IMG/VR virus record: IMGVR_UViG_3300032285_001268 | Coordinates: 32,001-96,000 of that record | Origin: a virus | Direction: 5' to 3' (one strand) | Length of the DNA: 64,000 nt | Part shown: one piece after another, positions 1-7,038 of the stretch | Layout of the letters: each line of letters starts with the position of its first letter | Position numbering within the stretch: position 1 is the first letter of the stretch | Position numbers and translations under genes: made by a program | The notes under the pieces: generated by a model | Databases searched by the model: none | What the model was told of the DNA's origin: nothing | What the model saw: the letters and a program-made list of their open reading frames with translations, nothing else

Positions 1-101
1 TTGACCTGCTTGGGCAAGTATAAAGTTAAATGCTTGGGCAAAGCAGACGATTGACATTTTGAGCAAAGTATAGTATAATTGTTTTTTAAGGAGCGAAACT
101 T

Positions 102-458
102 ATGCAAGCAACACAGTTTAAAGTTAGCAAAAAGCTAACACTAGTAGGCGTTACACAAGAAGACGACACTACTTGTACAGAGTACAAGTGCAAAGTAAAA
201 GTGCAACTAGCAGGCGACAGTATTTGGGACTGTAATTTAAAAACAGTTACAATTAAAGAGATACACATTGCAGAGACAGACTGGGGCGATGGCGACACTA
301 ACATACACATTGCAGTTGTACACACAGGCGGTGACGACAGCTGGCGCATATACACAGACAGCGGATTTGAGGCTGCTGTTAGCGACTTGCTAGGGACAGA
401 CGTTAGTTTTACAGAGCAGGGCATGCAAGACGACGGCTACGCGAGTATGGAGTTGTAA
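102..458 (+). CDS. Hypothetical early protein (118 aa, acidic)
   Basis: ORF with its own promoter and GGAGCGAA RBS. Confidence 0.8.
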   Translation: MQATQFKVSKKLTLVGVTQEDDTTCTEYKCKVKVQLAGDSIWDCNLKTVTIKEIHIAETDWGDGDTNIHIAVVHTGGDDSWRIYTDSGFEAAVSDLLGTDVSFTEQGMQDDGYASMEL

Positions 459-526
459 TACATAGCGCACTTGACTTTTTGGGTTAAGTGCGCTATAATT
501 AACACTTACACACAGCAGGAGCGAAT

Positions 527-853
527 ATGTTTAATGCAAAAGATTTAGGCAAGCAGTTTATTAAGTTAGTGCAAGCTAAAGACACAGACTTAGTAGAAGA
601 TATTGTTGACTACGACGGCGAGGATACTTACTTGCTAGACTGTTATGTAGACGACGGCGAAGCTACAGACTATGCTAGCATAGACGAGTTAATTGCTAAA
701 GGCATTGACGGAATTGAAACTGTAGATACTGTAACAGTAATGGGTAGCGCAAGCGGCGACACACGCTGTTACAGCAATACTGTTACAGCAATAGTACTAG
801 ACGATGGTACTAAGTGGATGGATGCGGCATACTACGATTTAATTTTTGCTTAA
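527..853 (+). CDS. Hypothetical early protein (108 aa, acidic)
   Basis: ORF with promoter 471-499 and RBS 518-525. Confidence 0.8.
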   Translation: MFNAKDLGKQFIKLVQAKDTDLVEDIVDYDGEDTYLLDCYVDDGEATDYASIDELIAKGIDGIETVDTVTVMGSASGDTRCYSNTVTAIVLDDGTKWMDAAYYDLIFA

Positions 854-862
854 GGAGACTGT

Positions 863-1051
863 ATGAGCAACATGAGCAAAGCAATAGCATTGCATAAGGC
901 AGTGCAGATGTTAGAGGAAGTAGACGCACTAGTGCAAAAAACACTAGGGGCTAGTGACGACTGTTACGATGTGCATTGTGCGCTGGAGGACTTGCAGGAT
1001 ACACTTGCAGGTTTTGCAGAGCAGTTAGAGGAAATGCAAATAACAGAGTAA
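863..1051 (+). CDS. Hypothetical early protein (62 aa)
   Basis: ORF with AAGGAG RBS. Confidence 0.75.
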   Translation: MSNMSKAIALHKAVQMLEEVDALVQKTLGASDDCYDVHCALEDLQDTLAGFAEQLEEMQITE

Positions 1052-1132
1052 AGTGTAGGGCTTTTGGGCAAGCTGGTTGACAGTTTGCCCAAATCGCAGT
1101 ATACTATAGGCTAAGTTAACAAGGAGCGAACA

Positions 1133-1435
1133 ATGTTAAACATCAGCAAAATCGTAAAGGTCTACAACGGCAAAGTAGGTTGCATGTGCGGGTGTGGCGG
1201 CAAGTACAGCTACACAGCTGACGGGGCTACAAACTATGGCCCAGGCTATGACGTCTCCGACATGATTAACGAGCGTAGTGTACGCATTATTACAAAAAAG
1301 ATCCTCAGCAATCCTCTTGTCAAGTTTGAAGACAATTATGCTTATGTAGAGGACCGTGCCCGTAACAAGATGCAAATGGTTGTGTTCAAAGAGCCACAAG
1401 AGGTCTACAGCCCATTTGACACTTGTAACAGCTGA
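1133..1435 (+). CDS. Hypothetical early protein with CMCGCGG motif
   Basis: ORF with promoter 1077-1105 and RBS 1123; sequence YNGKVGCMCGCGGKY. Confidence 0.8.
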   Translation: MLNISKIVKVYNGKVGCMCGCGGKYSYTADGATNYGPGYDVSDMINERSVRIITKKILSNPLVKFEDNYAYVEDRARNKMQMVVFKEPQEVYSPFDTCNS

Positions 1436-1473
1436 CAGTATAATTAAAACTTAAACACAGCAAGGAGCGAACC

Positions 1474-1719
1474 ATGCAGGTTAAAGAGCTAATTGAAGAA
1501 CTCAAGTACATGGACCCAGATGCCGAAGTACACTTCGCCTATAACTATGGCGATCACTGGCGCACTGAAGTGGCCCCAAAGGTCAGTCGGGTGCAGTCGG
1601 GTGCAGTGGAGTTTAGTGACTACCACCGCATGGACAAGGTAGCTGAAGAGGACGAGTGCTGGGACGAAGATACTGGCGATTGGAAAGAAGACGTCCGCAG
1701 GGTTGTGATTATTGATTAA
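1474..1719 (+). CDS. Hypothetical early protein (81 aa)
   Basis: ORF with promoter 1416-1444 and RBS 1464. Confidence 0.8.
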   Translation: MQVKELIEELKYMDPDAEVHFAYNYGDHWRTEVAPKVSRVQSGAVEFSDYHRMDKVAEEDECWDEDTGDWKEDVRRVVIID

Positions 1720-1774
1720 CCCGTAGAACTGAAGGGGATTTGACAAGAGTCTCCTTTGGTGCTATAATTGAGTT

Positions 1775-1964
1775 AAGTTAGAAATTAGGGGTTACCTACA
1801 CCGTTAGGCCCTTGGAGAGGTGGAAGCGTTCCGACGGGGACCTAGTATCCAGGGCAAGAAGGCAGACCTTCGGGCGAAGCTGGCGGGTAGAGTAGGCTGT
1901 AATGACGAAGGCAACTGACGCCCTGGAGACGGTCCTAGGCAGTTAGACCGGAGTTCCCCTAGTT
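1775..1964 (+). ncRNA. Candidate structured non-coding RNA (~190 nt), family unknown
   Basis: Own consensus promoter (1740-1768), no RBS-led ORF, GC-rich. Closing stem 1783-1791/1956-1964, internal stems, and two hairpin loops (AACTGAC, GGCAGT) that are complementary to each other. Confidence 0.65.
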
Positions 1965-2023
1965 GACAACACTATCATTTGGTTGTATAATACATTTTTC
2001 AACAGTACTTAAAGGAGCGAACG

Positions 2024-2515
2024 ATGGGTACACGAAGCATGATTGCTATTCAAAATCCACATAGCAAACAAATCCGCGCAGTCTACTGCCACTGGGATGG
2101 CTACTTGGAGCACAACGGCGCTATCTTGCAGAAGCACTATGCCGCAAGCCCTAAAGTCAACAACCTTATTGCCTTAGGCGACTTGTCTAGCCTGCGCCCT
2201 GAGATTGGTGTGCAACACGCATTCAGCTCGCTTGATGTACCCAAGCAAGAGCAAGAGGCTTACGATAAAGAGCACGGCAACAGTTGCACGTTCTACGGAC
2301 GTGACAGAGGCGAGAAGGACGTGGGCTTTAAGGTGTTTGACACGCTGGCTAAGGCTTGCGATCACTACACTTGGAGCGACTACTACTACTGCTTCAAGTA
2401 CACTAAGGCCAGCGACTACACAGTTGGCGAGTGGCACTACAAGAAGAACGGCGAGCGTTGGAAGAAGCTGGCTCCTGCTATTGCTAAACTTGATCCAAAG
2501 GAGTGTGCAGAATGA
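2024..2515 (+). CDS. Conserved phage hypothetical protein (MGTRS...YCHWDGY type)
   Basis: N-terminal MGTRSMIAI and YCHWDGY motif, common in phage early regions; promoter and RBS present. Confidence 0.8.
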   Translation: MGTRSMIAIQNPHSKQIRAVYCHWDGYLEHNGAILQKHYAASPKVNNLIALGDLSSLRPEIGVQHAFSSLDVPKQEQEAYDKEHGNSCTFYGRDRGEKDVGFKVFDTLAKACDHYTWSDYYYCFKYTKASDYTVGEWHYKKNGERWKKLAPAIAKLDPKECAE

Positions 2516-2727
2516 AAAAGGTAATTGTGCGCACAGAACTATATCAGGAACTTGAGGTTCCTGATAGCTGGGATAGGTATGATGTATACGATTTCCTAGC
2601 CGAGAACGAGAGCTTCCGTGAGGCTTTCCAAGGTGTAAGTAACCAAGATCAAACAGCCCGCATCCTAGACTTGGGTGTGGTTAATGAAACAGTAACAGAG
2701 ATGGGAGAAGAAGCATATGACGACTAA
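2512..2727 (+). CDS. Hypothetical protein (71 aa)
   Basis: ATG at 2512 overlaps the upstream TGA (ATGA coupling). Confidence 0.7.
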   Translation: MKKVIVRTELYQELEVPDSWDRYDVYDFLAENESFREAFQGVSNQDQTARILDLGVVNETVTEMGEEAYDD

Positions 2728-2896
2728 GGCCGGATATTATCGCAAGAAGGCTATGAGTGACAGCAGGTTTGCCACACTCTATGAGGACCCTACCTACGAG
2801 TTGCCCGAGGACAAAGAGTTTGACGGCCCGGGATTTATTGATGTGACAGGCTGGACAGCAGAAGAAGTGCGCCGCCTGGGTCACGCAGACGAATAA
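2717..2896 (+). CDS. Hypothetical protein (59 aa, below track cut-off)
   Basis: Manual translation MTTKAGYYRKKAMSDSRF...GHADE*; overlaps the previous stop. Confidence 0.6.
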   Translation: MTTKAGYYRKKAMSDSRFATLYEDPTYELPEDKEFDGPGFIDVTGWTAEEVRRLGHADE

Positions 2897-2913
2897 CTAG
2901 TTCGCTCCTAGTT
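2895..2913 (+). promoter_or_regulatory. Hairpin displaying anti-RBS sequence TTCGCTCC
   Basis: Stem AACTAG/CTAGTT, loop TTCGCTC; 2900-2909 GTTCGCTCCT is the reverse complement of AGGAGCGAAC. Confidence 0.6.
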
Positions 2914-2930
2914 GCCCTTGAGGCCGGCAC

Positions 2931-2957
2931 GACCCCCTCCGAGATGGGGGTCACTTT
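2931..2957 (+). terminator. Probable intrinsic terminator
   Basis: GACCCCC/GGGGGTC stem followed by ACTTT (short U tract). Confidence 0.55.
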
Positions 2958-3067
2958 ACAGCTAGACTGTGGCTTTTTTGCCACACTACCAGACCAGACC
3001 CCGCTGTAGCGCGGTTGACGCCCAAGCCAAAATCCTTTATAATTACTACATAATGAAGGAGCGGGCA

Positions 3068-3208
3068 ATGAAGATCACTATCAAAATACCAAACAAAACT
3101 AGGGCACACCTAGTTCTATTTTGCAAGGACACACCCTTCAAGCAGAAGCGTGTAGAGAGCAAGATTAAATATAAACGTCAACCTAAGCACAAGGGGAAAG
3201 AGCTATGA
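3068..3208 (+). CDS. Small basic hypothetical protein
   Basis: ATG 3068 after promoter 3015-3043 and GGAGCGGG RBS; Lys/Arg-rich. Confidence 0.7.
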   Translation: MKITIKIPNKTRAHLVLFCKDTPFKQKRVESKIKYKRQPKHKGKEL

Positions 3209-3453
3209 AGGGCCTAATCACCAACCAATGGGACAGGGATAACCTTAACTTCCTGCTCAATACCAAAGACAAAGATCTAAAGGATTGGCATGCACAGGCA
3301 GACGCAGACGATCTAGCCTATGCTCAGGAACTCTTGGCCGCCTACAGCCTAGAGCTGAAACTTCAGGCTGAAGAGCTCCGTATTGAGTGCGAAATGGATC
3401 TAAAGGGCGACTTTAGCCAAGCATTAGCCGTGATTGACAAGATCAAGTTTTGA
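3205..3453 (+). CDS. Hypothetical protein (82 aa)
   Basis: ATGA overlap with the previous ORF. Confidence 0.75.
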   Translation: MKGLITNQWDRDNLNFLLNTKDKDLKDWHAQADADDLAYAQELLAAYSLELKLQAEELRIECEMDLKGDFSQALAVIDKIKF

Positions 3454-3490
3454 TACTATAATATACACTTAAACAACAAAGGAGCGAACT

Positions 3491-3637
3491 TTGAAGACAA
3501 TGACACAGAAACTAGAGCGTGATCGCTTAAATCGGTTAAAGCGTGAGCGTAAAGCCAATCGTCAGTTTGTGCTAGGTGCAGTGATGCTGGCAACTATCTT
3601 TGTAACCCCCTTGGCCGTTGCGGCCTTACTTTCTTAA
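3491..3637 (+). CDS. Small membrane protein (48 aa)
   Basis: TTG start after GGAGCGAA at 3481; basic N-terminus, hydrophobic C-terminus FVLGAVMLATIFVTPLAVAALLS. Confidence 0.6.
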   Translation: MKTMTQKLERDRLNRLKRERKANRQFVLGAVMLATIFVTPLAVAALLS

Positions 3638-3652
3638 TCATAGGAGCGAACT

Positions 3653-4240
3653 ATGCCTAATTGGTGCAACAACTATCTCGAATTAACTCACGATGATCCA
3701 GCAATGATCACTCGTGCCCGTAAGGCCTTTGCAGACGGACGACTGCTGGACGAATTTGTGCCAGTGCCAGAGAGCCTACACATCGTAGCAGGTCGAGTAG
3801 GTGACGACAACGATCCCAAGCAGATTGAGCTTGAGGCACAGGAAAAGGCCAACCTTGAGACACATGGCTACGCCACTTGGTATGACTACTGCGTCAACGA
3901 GTGGGGCACCAAGTGGGATGTAGGTGGTGATGACTACAGCCCTGCAGATGAAAAAGACCCTAATCATACTCGTATGAGTTTTGATAGTGCCTGGGCACCC
4001 CCTGTGCCTGCTATGGCCAAGTTCCAGGACTTGGGCTTCCGAGTCAAGTTGATCTACTGGGAGTCGGGCATGTGCTTCGCAGGCCTGTTTGACGAGAACG
4101 GTGATGACTTCTATGAACTTGGCGGTATGACTGCTGATCAAGTGGCTGAAGAGATCAACCCAGAGATCGACGAGTGCATGTGCATCAGCGAAAGTATGCG
4201 TGAATGGGAAGAAGAAAACGCTGAAGAGGAAGAAGAATAA
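3653..4240 (+). CDS. DUF1281/YubB-like (ferredoxin-like fold) protein
   Basis: MPNWCNN N-terminus, WYDYCVNEWGTKWDV and FDSAWAPP motifs. Confidence 0.7.
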   Translation: MPNWCNNYLELTHDDPAMITRARKAFADGRLLDEFVPVPESLHIVAGRVGDDNDPKQIELEAQEKANLETHGYATWYDYCVNEWGTKWDVGGDDYSPADEKDPNHTRMSFDSAWAPPVPAMAKFQDLGFRVKLIYWESGMCFAGLFDENGDDFYELGGMTADQVAEEINPEIDECMCISESMREWEEENAEEEEE

Positions 4241-4301
4241 CGGTTGACTGCCTTACCAAAAGGCAGTACAATTAGAATTAGTAAAACAACAAGGTACAGT
4301 A

Positions 4302-4448
4302 ATGAAAACCAACAAAGAAAAGAACTTAGAACATGATGCAAGGATGCAGGCCAAGGTTAGACCAAAGCCTGTAGAGTATAATTGGGAACCATTGGATGCA
4401 GTTGTAAAGCAATGGCGCCAAAGGAGTTATCAGAATGAGCAGGCTTGA
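4302..4448 (+). CDS. Hypothetical protein (48 aa)
   Basis: Manual translation MKTNKEKNLEHDARMQ...; downstream of promoter 4244-4272. Confidence 0.55.
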   Translation: MKTNKEKNLEHDARMQAKVRPKPVEYNWEPLDAVVKQWRQRSYQNEQA

Positions 4449-4716
4449 ATTCTATGCTCGTCCGTTAGTTGCCTTTGATGCACACCTAAAAGAACATCGT
4501 CAGATCTACTATCAGTTTGTCAAAACGATGAGTTGGGGTGCTAGTCCATATAGGTTTATCTGCCCAGAAGATCACGGTGGCGATTTGGTTACCATGATCC
4601 AAAGACAGATCAACGACTACTACATCCACAAAGAATTTGGCGATCGACCACCGAAACCTGAGCCTTTGGTTCGCCAAAAAAGAAAGAAAACGGTTGACAA
4701 GGGCTCAAAAAAGTAA
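4435..4716 (+). CDS. Hypothetical protein (93 aa)
   Basis: ORF with AAGGAG RBS. Confidence 0.75.
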   Translation: MSRLEFYARPLVAFDAHLKEHRQIYYQFVKTMSWGASPYRFICPEDHGGDLVTMIQRQINDYYIHKEFGDRPPKPEPLVRQKRKKTVDKGSKK

Positions 4717-4778
4717 TATAATTTGAACATGCTAAGAAATTGGCATTAATTTTAACACACACAGAAAGAGGTAACAAA

Positions 4779-5144
4779 ATGGCTACAGATAAAACATTTA
4801 ATGTATTTGGTGTTTCTAAACTCAATGGCGAGTACAAAGTTCGTTTCGCGAATGACGTGATGCGTATCAAGGTATTGGCCAAACATGGTCATGAAGATAT
4901 CACTCTTGTTGACTTGGAGAAGTCAGTGAGCAAGTATGAAGGTATCAAGGCTATTGCCACTATGCCAGAGTTTGCCAATGCGGCTGCTCAGAGTGCGATC
5001 GCTGAATACTTGGAAGAAAAAGCACCTAAGGCTAAGGTCTCTAAGCCTGTGGCAAAAGCCGCGAAGACTCCGGTAGCGAAGACTACCAAAGCGCCTGCGA
5101 AAGCAGTTCAGAAAGTTACTGAGAACGAAGACGCTCCTTTCTAA
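4779..5144 (+). CDS. Protein with Lys/Ala/Pro-rich (histone H1-like) tail
   Basis: Likely start ATG 4779 after AGAGG; C-terminal KAPKAKVSKPVAKAAKTPVAKTTKAPAK. Confidence 0.75.
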   Translation: MATDKTFNVFGVSKLNGEYKVRFANDVMRIKVLAKHGHEDITLVDLEKSVSKYEGIKAIATMPEFANAAAQSAIAEYLEEKAPKAKVSKPVAKAAKTPVAKTTKAPAKAVQKVTENEDAPF

Positions 5145-5147
5145 TCT

Positions 5148-5330
5148 ATGTTCATTCAGTACGAAGTCTGGGGCACACTCAACGGGCATGAAGAGCTCCT
5201 TGAGTGTGTAGCAACCCTAAAAGAAGCAGAAGAGTTGGCAGAAGAAGAAAGGTTCTTTGCTGATGAGATTTGGATCCTAGAGGACACGGACGGCGACCTG
5301 AAAGAAGTTAAGCGTTACCAGGGCCTATAG
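5148..5330 (+). CDS. Hypothetical acidic protein (60 aa)
   Basis: ORF whose last codons and TAG overlap the tRNA 5' end. Confidence 0.65.
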   Translation: MFIQYEVWGTLNGHEELLECVATLKEAEELAEEERFFADEIWILEDTDGDLKEVKRYQGL

Positions 5331-5397
5331 CTCAGTTGGTTAGAGCAGAGGACTCATAATCCTTTGGTCCCTGGTTCGAGTCCAGGTGGGCCCACCA
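5321..5397 (+). tRNA. tRNA-Ile2 (anticodon CAU, lysidine type) with encoded CCA
   Basis: Cloverleaf GGGCCTA...TGGGCCC-ACCA, anticodon loop CTCATAA, TTCGA T-loop; C4-G69 and C5-G68 (TilS determinants) favour Ile2 over Met. Confidence 0.9.
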
Positions 5398-5400
5398 CTC

Positions 5401-5430
5401 AAAGGTGTTGTAGAAATACAACACCTTTTC
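5401..5430 (+). terminator. Intrinsic terminator after tRNA
   Basis: AAAGGTGTTGTA-GAAA-TACAACACCTTT followed by TC. Confidence 0.8.
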
Positions 5431-5484
5431 TCTTGACATTTTGGCTAGGCCGTGCTATACTATAGGCTAAGTTAACAAGGAGCA

Positions 5485-5679
5485 GTGATGGGTTACAGAG
5501 TTCTTAACACCGTAGACACGATGCGTGACAATTATGGAGCACGTAAAGGCCTAGAAGGTCCTTACAATTTCAACGGCAGAGTGCTTTACTATGATCCTAA
5601 GGAAGGTAAGTATTACGATCCCAGCACAGACTTCTACGTGAGTCATGACGAATATTTTCGGTTGACAGGCCTCATCTAA
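5485..5679 (+). CDS. Hypothetical early protein (64 aa)
   Basis: Promoter 5433-5461; YYDPKEGKYYDP motif. Confidence 0.75.
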   Translation: MMGYRVLNTVDTMRDNYGARKGLEGPYNFNGRVLYYDPKEGKYYDPSTDFYVSHDEYFRLTGLI

Positions 5680-5718
5680 ACCTGTATAATTATACACATA
5701 CACAGCAAGGAGCGAACC

Positions 5719-5913
5719 ATGCAAGTACACTTTATCGACACAGGAACACAGCAAGACTATGGCTTCAAAGAAGTAGAAGTCCACAGCTTCAAAATGGATC
5801 ATGCTGATGCACCCTACGCCATCGTTAGCAACCCATTCTTTCCAGGAGACAGCCTACGGGCCGAGTATAACTTTTACAACGGTAGCCTGCAATGGACGGT
5901 TGACGTCAGTTGA
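5719..5913 (+). CDS. Hypothetical early protein (64 aa)
   Basis: Promoter 5662-5690, RBS 5709. Confidence 0.78.
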   Translation: MQVHFIDTGTQQDYGFKEVEVHSFKMDHADAPYAIVSNPFFPGDSLRAEYNFYNGSLQWTVDVS

Positions 5914-5952
5914 TTTTGGCAGTATAATTAACATATTAACAAGGAGCGAACC

Positions 5953-6153
5953 ATGTACGATATAGTCCAAAACCCAATTCCATTCAATGGATTCTTTTAC
6001 ACACCAGAATCATTTGCCCAACTGCAAGAGCGCATCGAACAGTTGCCAGCAAAGGAACGAGCACTTGTCTACACATTCGTAACACAGGCTATGAATCTGT
6101 GCTATCGAGAAGTAGAAGACAAGATCTTAAGCCGTGAAATCTTTGCACAATAA
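5953..6153 (+). CDS. Hypothetical early protein (66 aa)
   Basis: Promoter 5900-5928, RBS 5943. Confidence 0.78.
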   Translation: MYDIVQNPIPFNGFFYTPESFAQLQERIEQLPAKERALVYTFVTQAMNLCYREVEDKILSREIFAQ

Positions 6154-6162
6154 GGAGCAGTT

Positions 6163-6315
6163 ATGACTACAGCATTTGAAGCAGTTATCTACGCACTCTA
6201 CTACACATGGCCCATGTGGGCTTTCCTGGCCTTGCTGAGTCTAGCCCTGTTCGTAGAAGAAGGCATCAAAGCCTACAGCCTGCGCAAGATGGTTGACAAC
6301 CCCACGCTTTGGTAA
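6163..6315 (+). CDS. Small membrane protein (50 aa)
   Basis: Manual translation MTTAFEAVIYALYYTWPMWAFLALLSLALFVEEG...; AAGGAGCAG RBS. Confidence 0.65.
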   Translation: MTTAFEAVIYALYYTWPMWAFLALLSLALFVEEGIKAYSLRKMVDNPTLW

Positions 6316-6351
6316 TATAATTAAGACTTAAACAGCAACAAGGAGCGAACC

Positions 6352-6600
6352 ATGAAGCTAAACGAAACCCGCACCGTCCCATATGGCACCATCCAGTATG
6401 TAGAGGACGAGGACTTTGGCAAGTGCTATCTAGTGCGCCACAACTTCATCAAACGCGAGATCTTCGCTGACACAGTCAAAGAAGCCAAGCAAGAGCTGGA
6501 AGAACTGCAGAAGGAAATGTCAGAGCTGAACTCTGCTATCTCTAAGCTTCAACGCTATGGCTACAAGGTCTACAAAGAAGTTGACAGCCTGTACGCTTGA
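6352..6600 (+). CDS. Hypothetical early protein (82 aa, coiled-coil C-terminus)
   Basis: Promoter 6293-6321, RBS 6342. Confidence 0.78.
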   Translation: MKLNETRTVPYGTIQYVEDEDFGKCYLVRHNFIKREIFADTVKEAKQELEELQKEMSELNSAISKLQRYGYKVYKEVDSLYA

Positions 6601-6641
6601 GCATATAATTAACACTTACTTAAACAACATTGGAGCGAACA

Positions 6642-6965
6642 ATGATTACAGCAGAACAAATCCAAGCAGGCAAGACTCTAGCAGAAGCGGCTGGTCGTGC
6701 AGAGTACGCCAAATGGGGCGGTGACCGTGGTGCTTGTGGCTTTGCTTGGGTAGAGGTCTACGTGGACCGTACTAACAGCAAACAGGCCAAAGAGCTGATC
6801 AAGGCAGGCTTCCGCAAGGACTACAAACCAAAATGCTTGAGCATGTGGGATCCAGCAGGCTTGCCCGTGCAGAACATCGACATCAAAGAAGCAGGCGCTT
6901 ATGCCTATGCCAACTACCTTACAGCACTGGGCTTGCGGGCCTATGCGGGTAGCAGACTAGACTAA
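6642..6965 (+). CDS. Conserved phage hypothetical protein (GACGFAWV motif)
   Basis: Likely start ATG 6642 after GGAGCGAA at 6632; promoter 6581-6609. Confidence 0.8.
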   Translation: MITAEQIQAGKTLAEAAGRAEYAKWGGDRGACGFAWVEVYVDRTNSKQAKELIKAGFRKDYKPKCLSMWDPAGLPVQNIDIKEAGAYAYANYLTALGLRAYAGSRLD

Positions 6966-7038
6966 CCAAAACGTTAGGGCACATGCCCTAACTGTAGTAT
7001 AATTAATTTATTAACAGCGTAACAAAGGAGCGTAACAA

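Larger units (their letters stand above)
51..6609 (+). promoter_or_regulatory. Array of 15 sigma70-type early promoters
   Basis: TTGAC(A/T/G)-N17-TA(T/C)A(A/C)T with -35 boxes starting at 51, 471, 1077, 1416, 1740, 1963, 3015, 3434, 4244, 4694, 5433, 5662, 5900, 6293 and 6581. All have exactly 17-nt spacers; many lie inside the 3' end of the preceding ORF. Confidence 0.92.
90..7035 (+). repeat. Repeated extended ribosome-binding motif (A)GGAGCGAA(C)
   Basis: Exact GGAGCGAA at 90, 518, 1123, 1464, 2014, 3481, 3643, 5709, 5943, 6342 and 6632, each 1-4 nt before a start codon. Variants: GGAGCGGG (~3058), GGAGCAG (~5479, ~6154), GGAGCGTAA (7027). Confidence 0.92.

Noticed and set aside
1896-1935. 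Cobalamin-riboswitch-like words (CTGTAA, GCAACTG, GGAGAC) in the ncRNA candidate
   Set aside because: The GGGAA...GGTG core and the GGGAAG B12 box are absent, and the element ends before a new promoter rather than leading a gene.
2884-2908. TTCGCTCC read as a minus-strand RBS for ORF 2681-2884
   Set aside because: 16 nt from the GTG is too far, there is no minus-strand promoter, and the ORF overlaps plus-strand genes.
5321-5397. tRNA as an attP integration site or as tRNA-Met
   Set aside because: No integrase or duplicated tRNA end is present; acceptor-stem determinants fit Ile2, and the G1-C72 pair excludes initiator tRNA.
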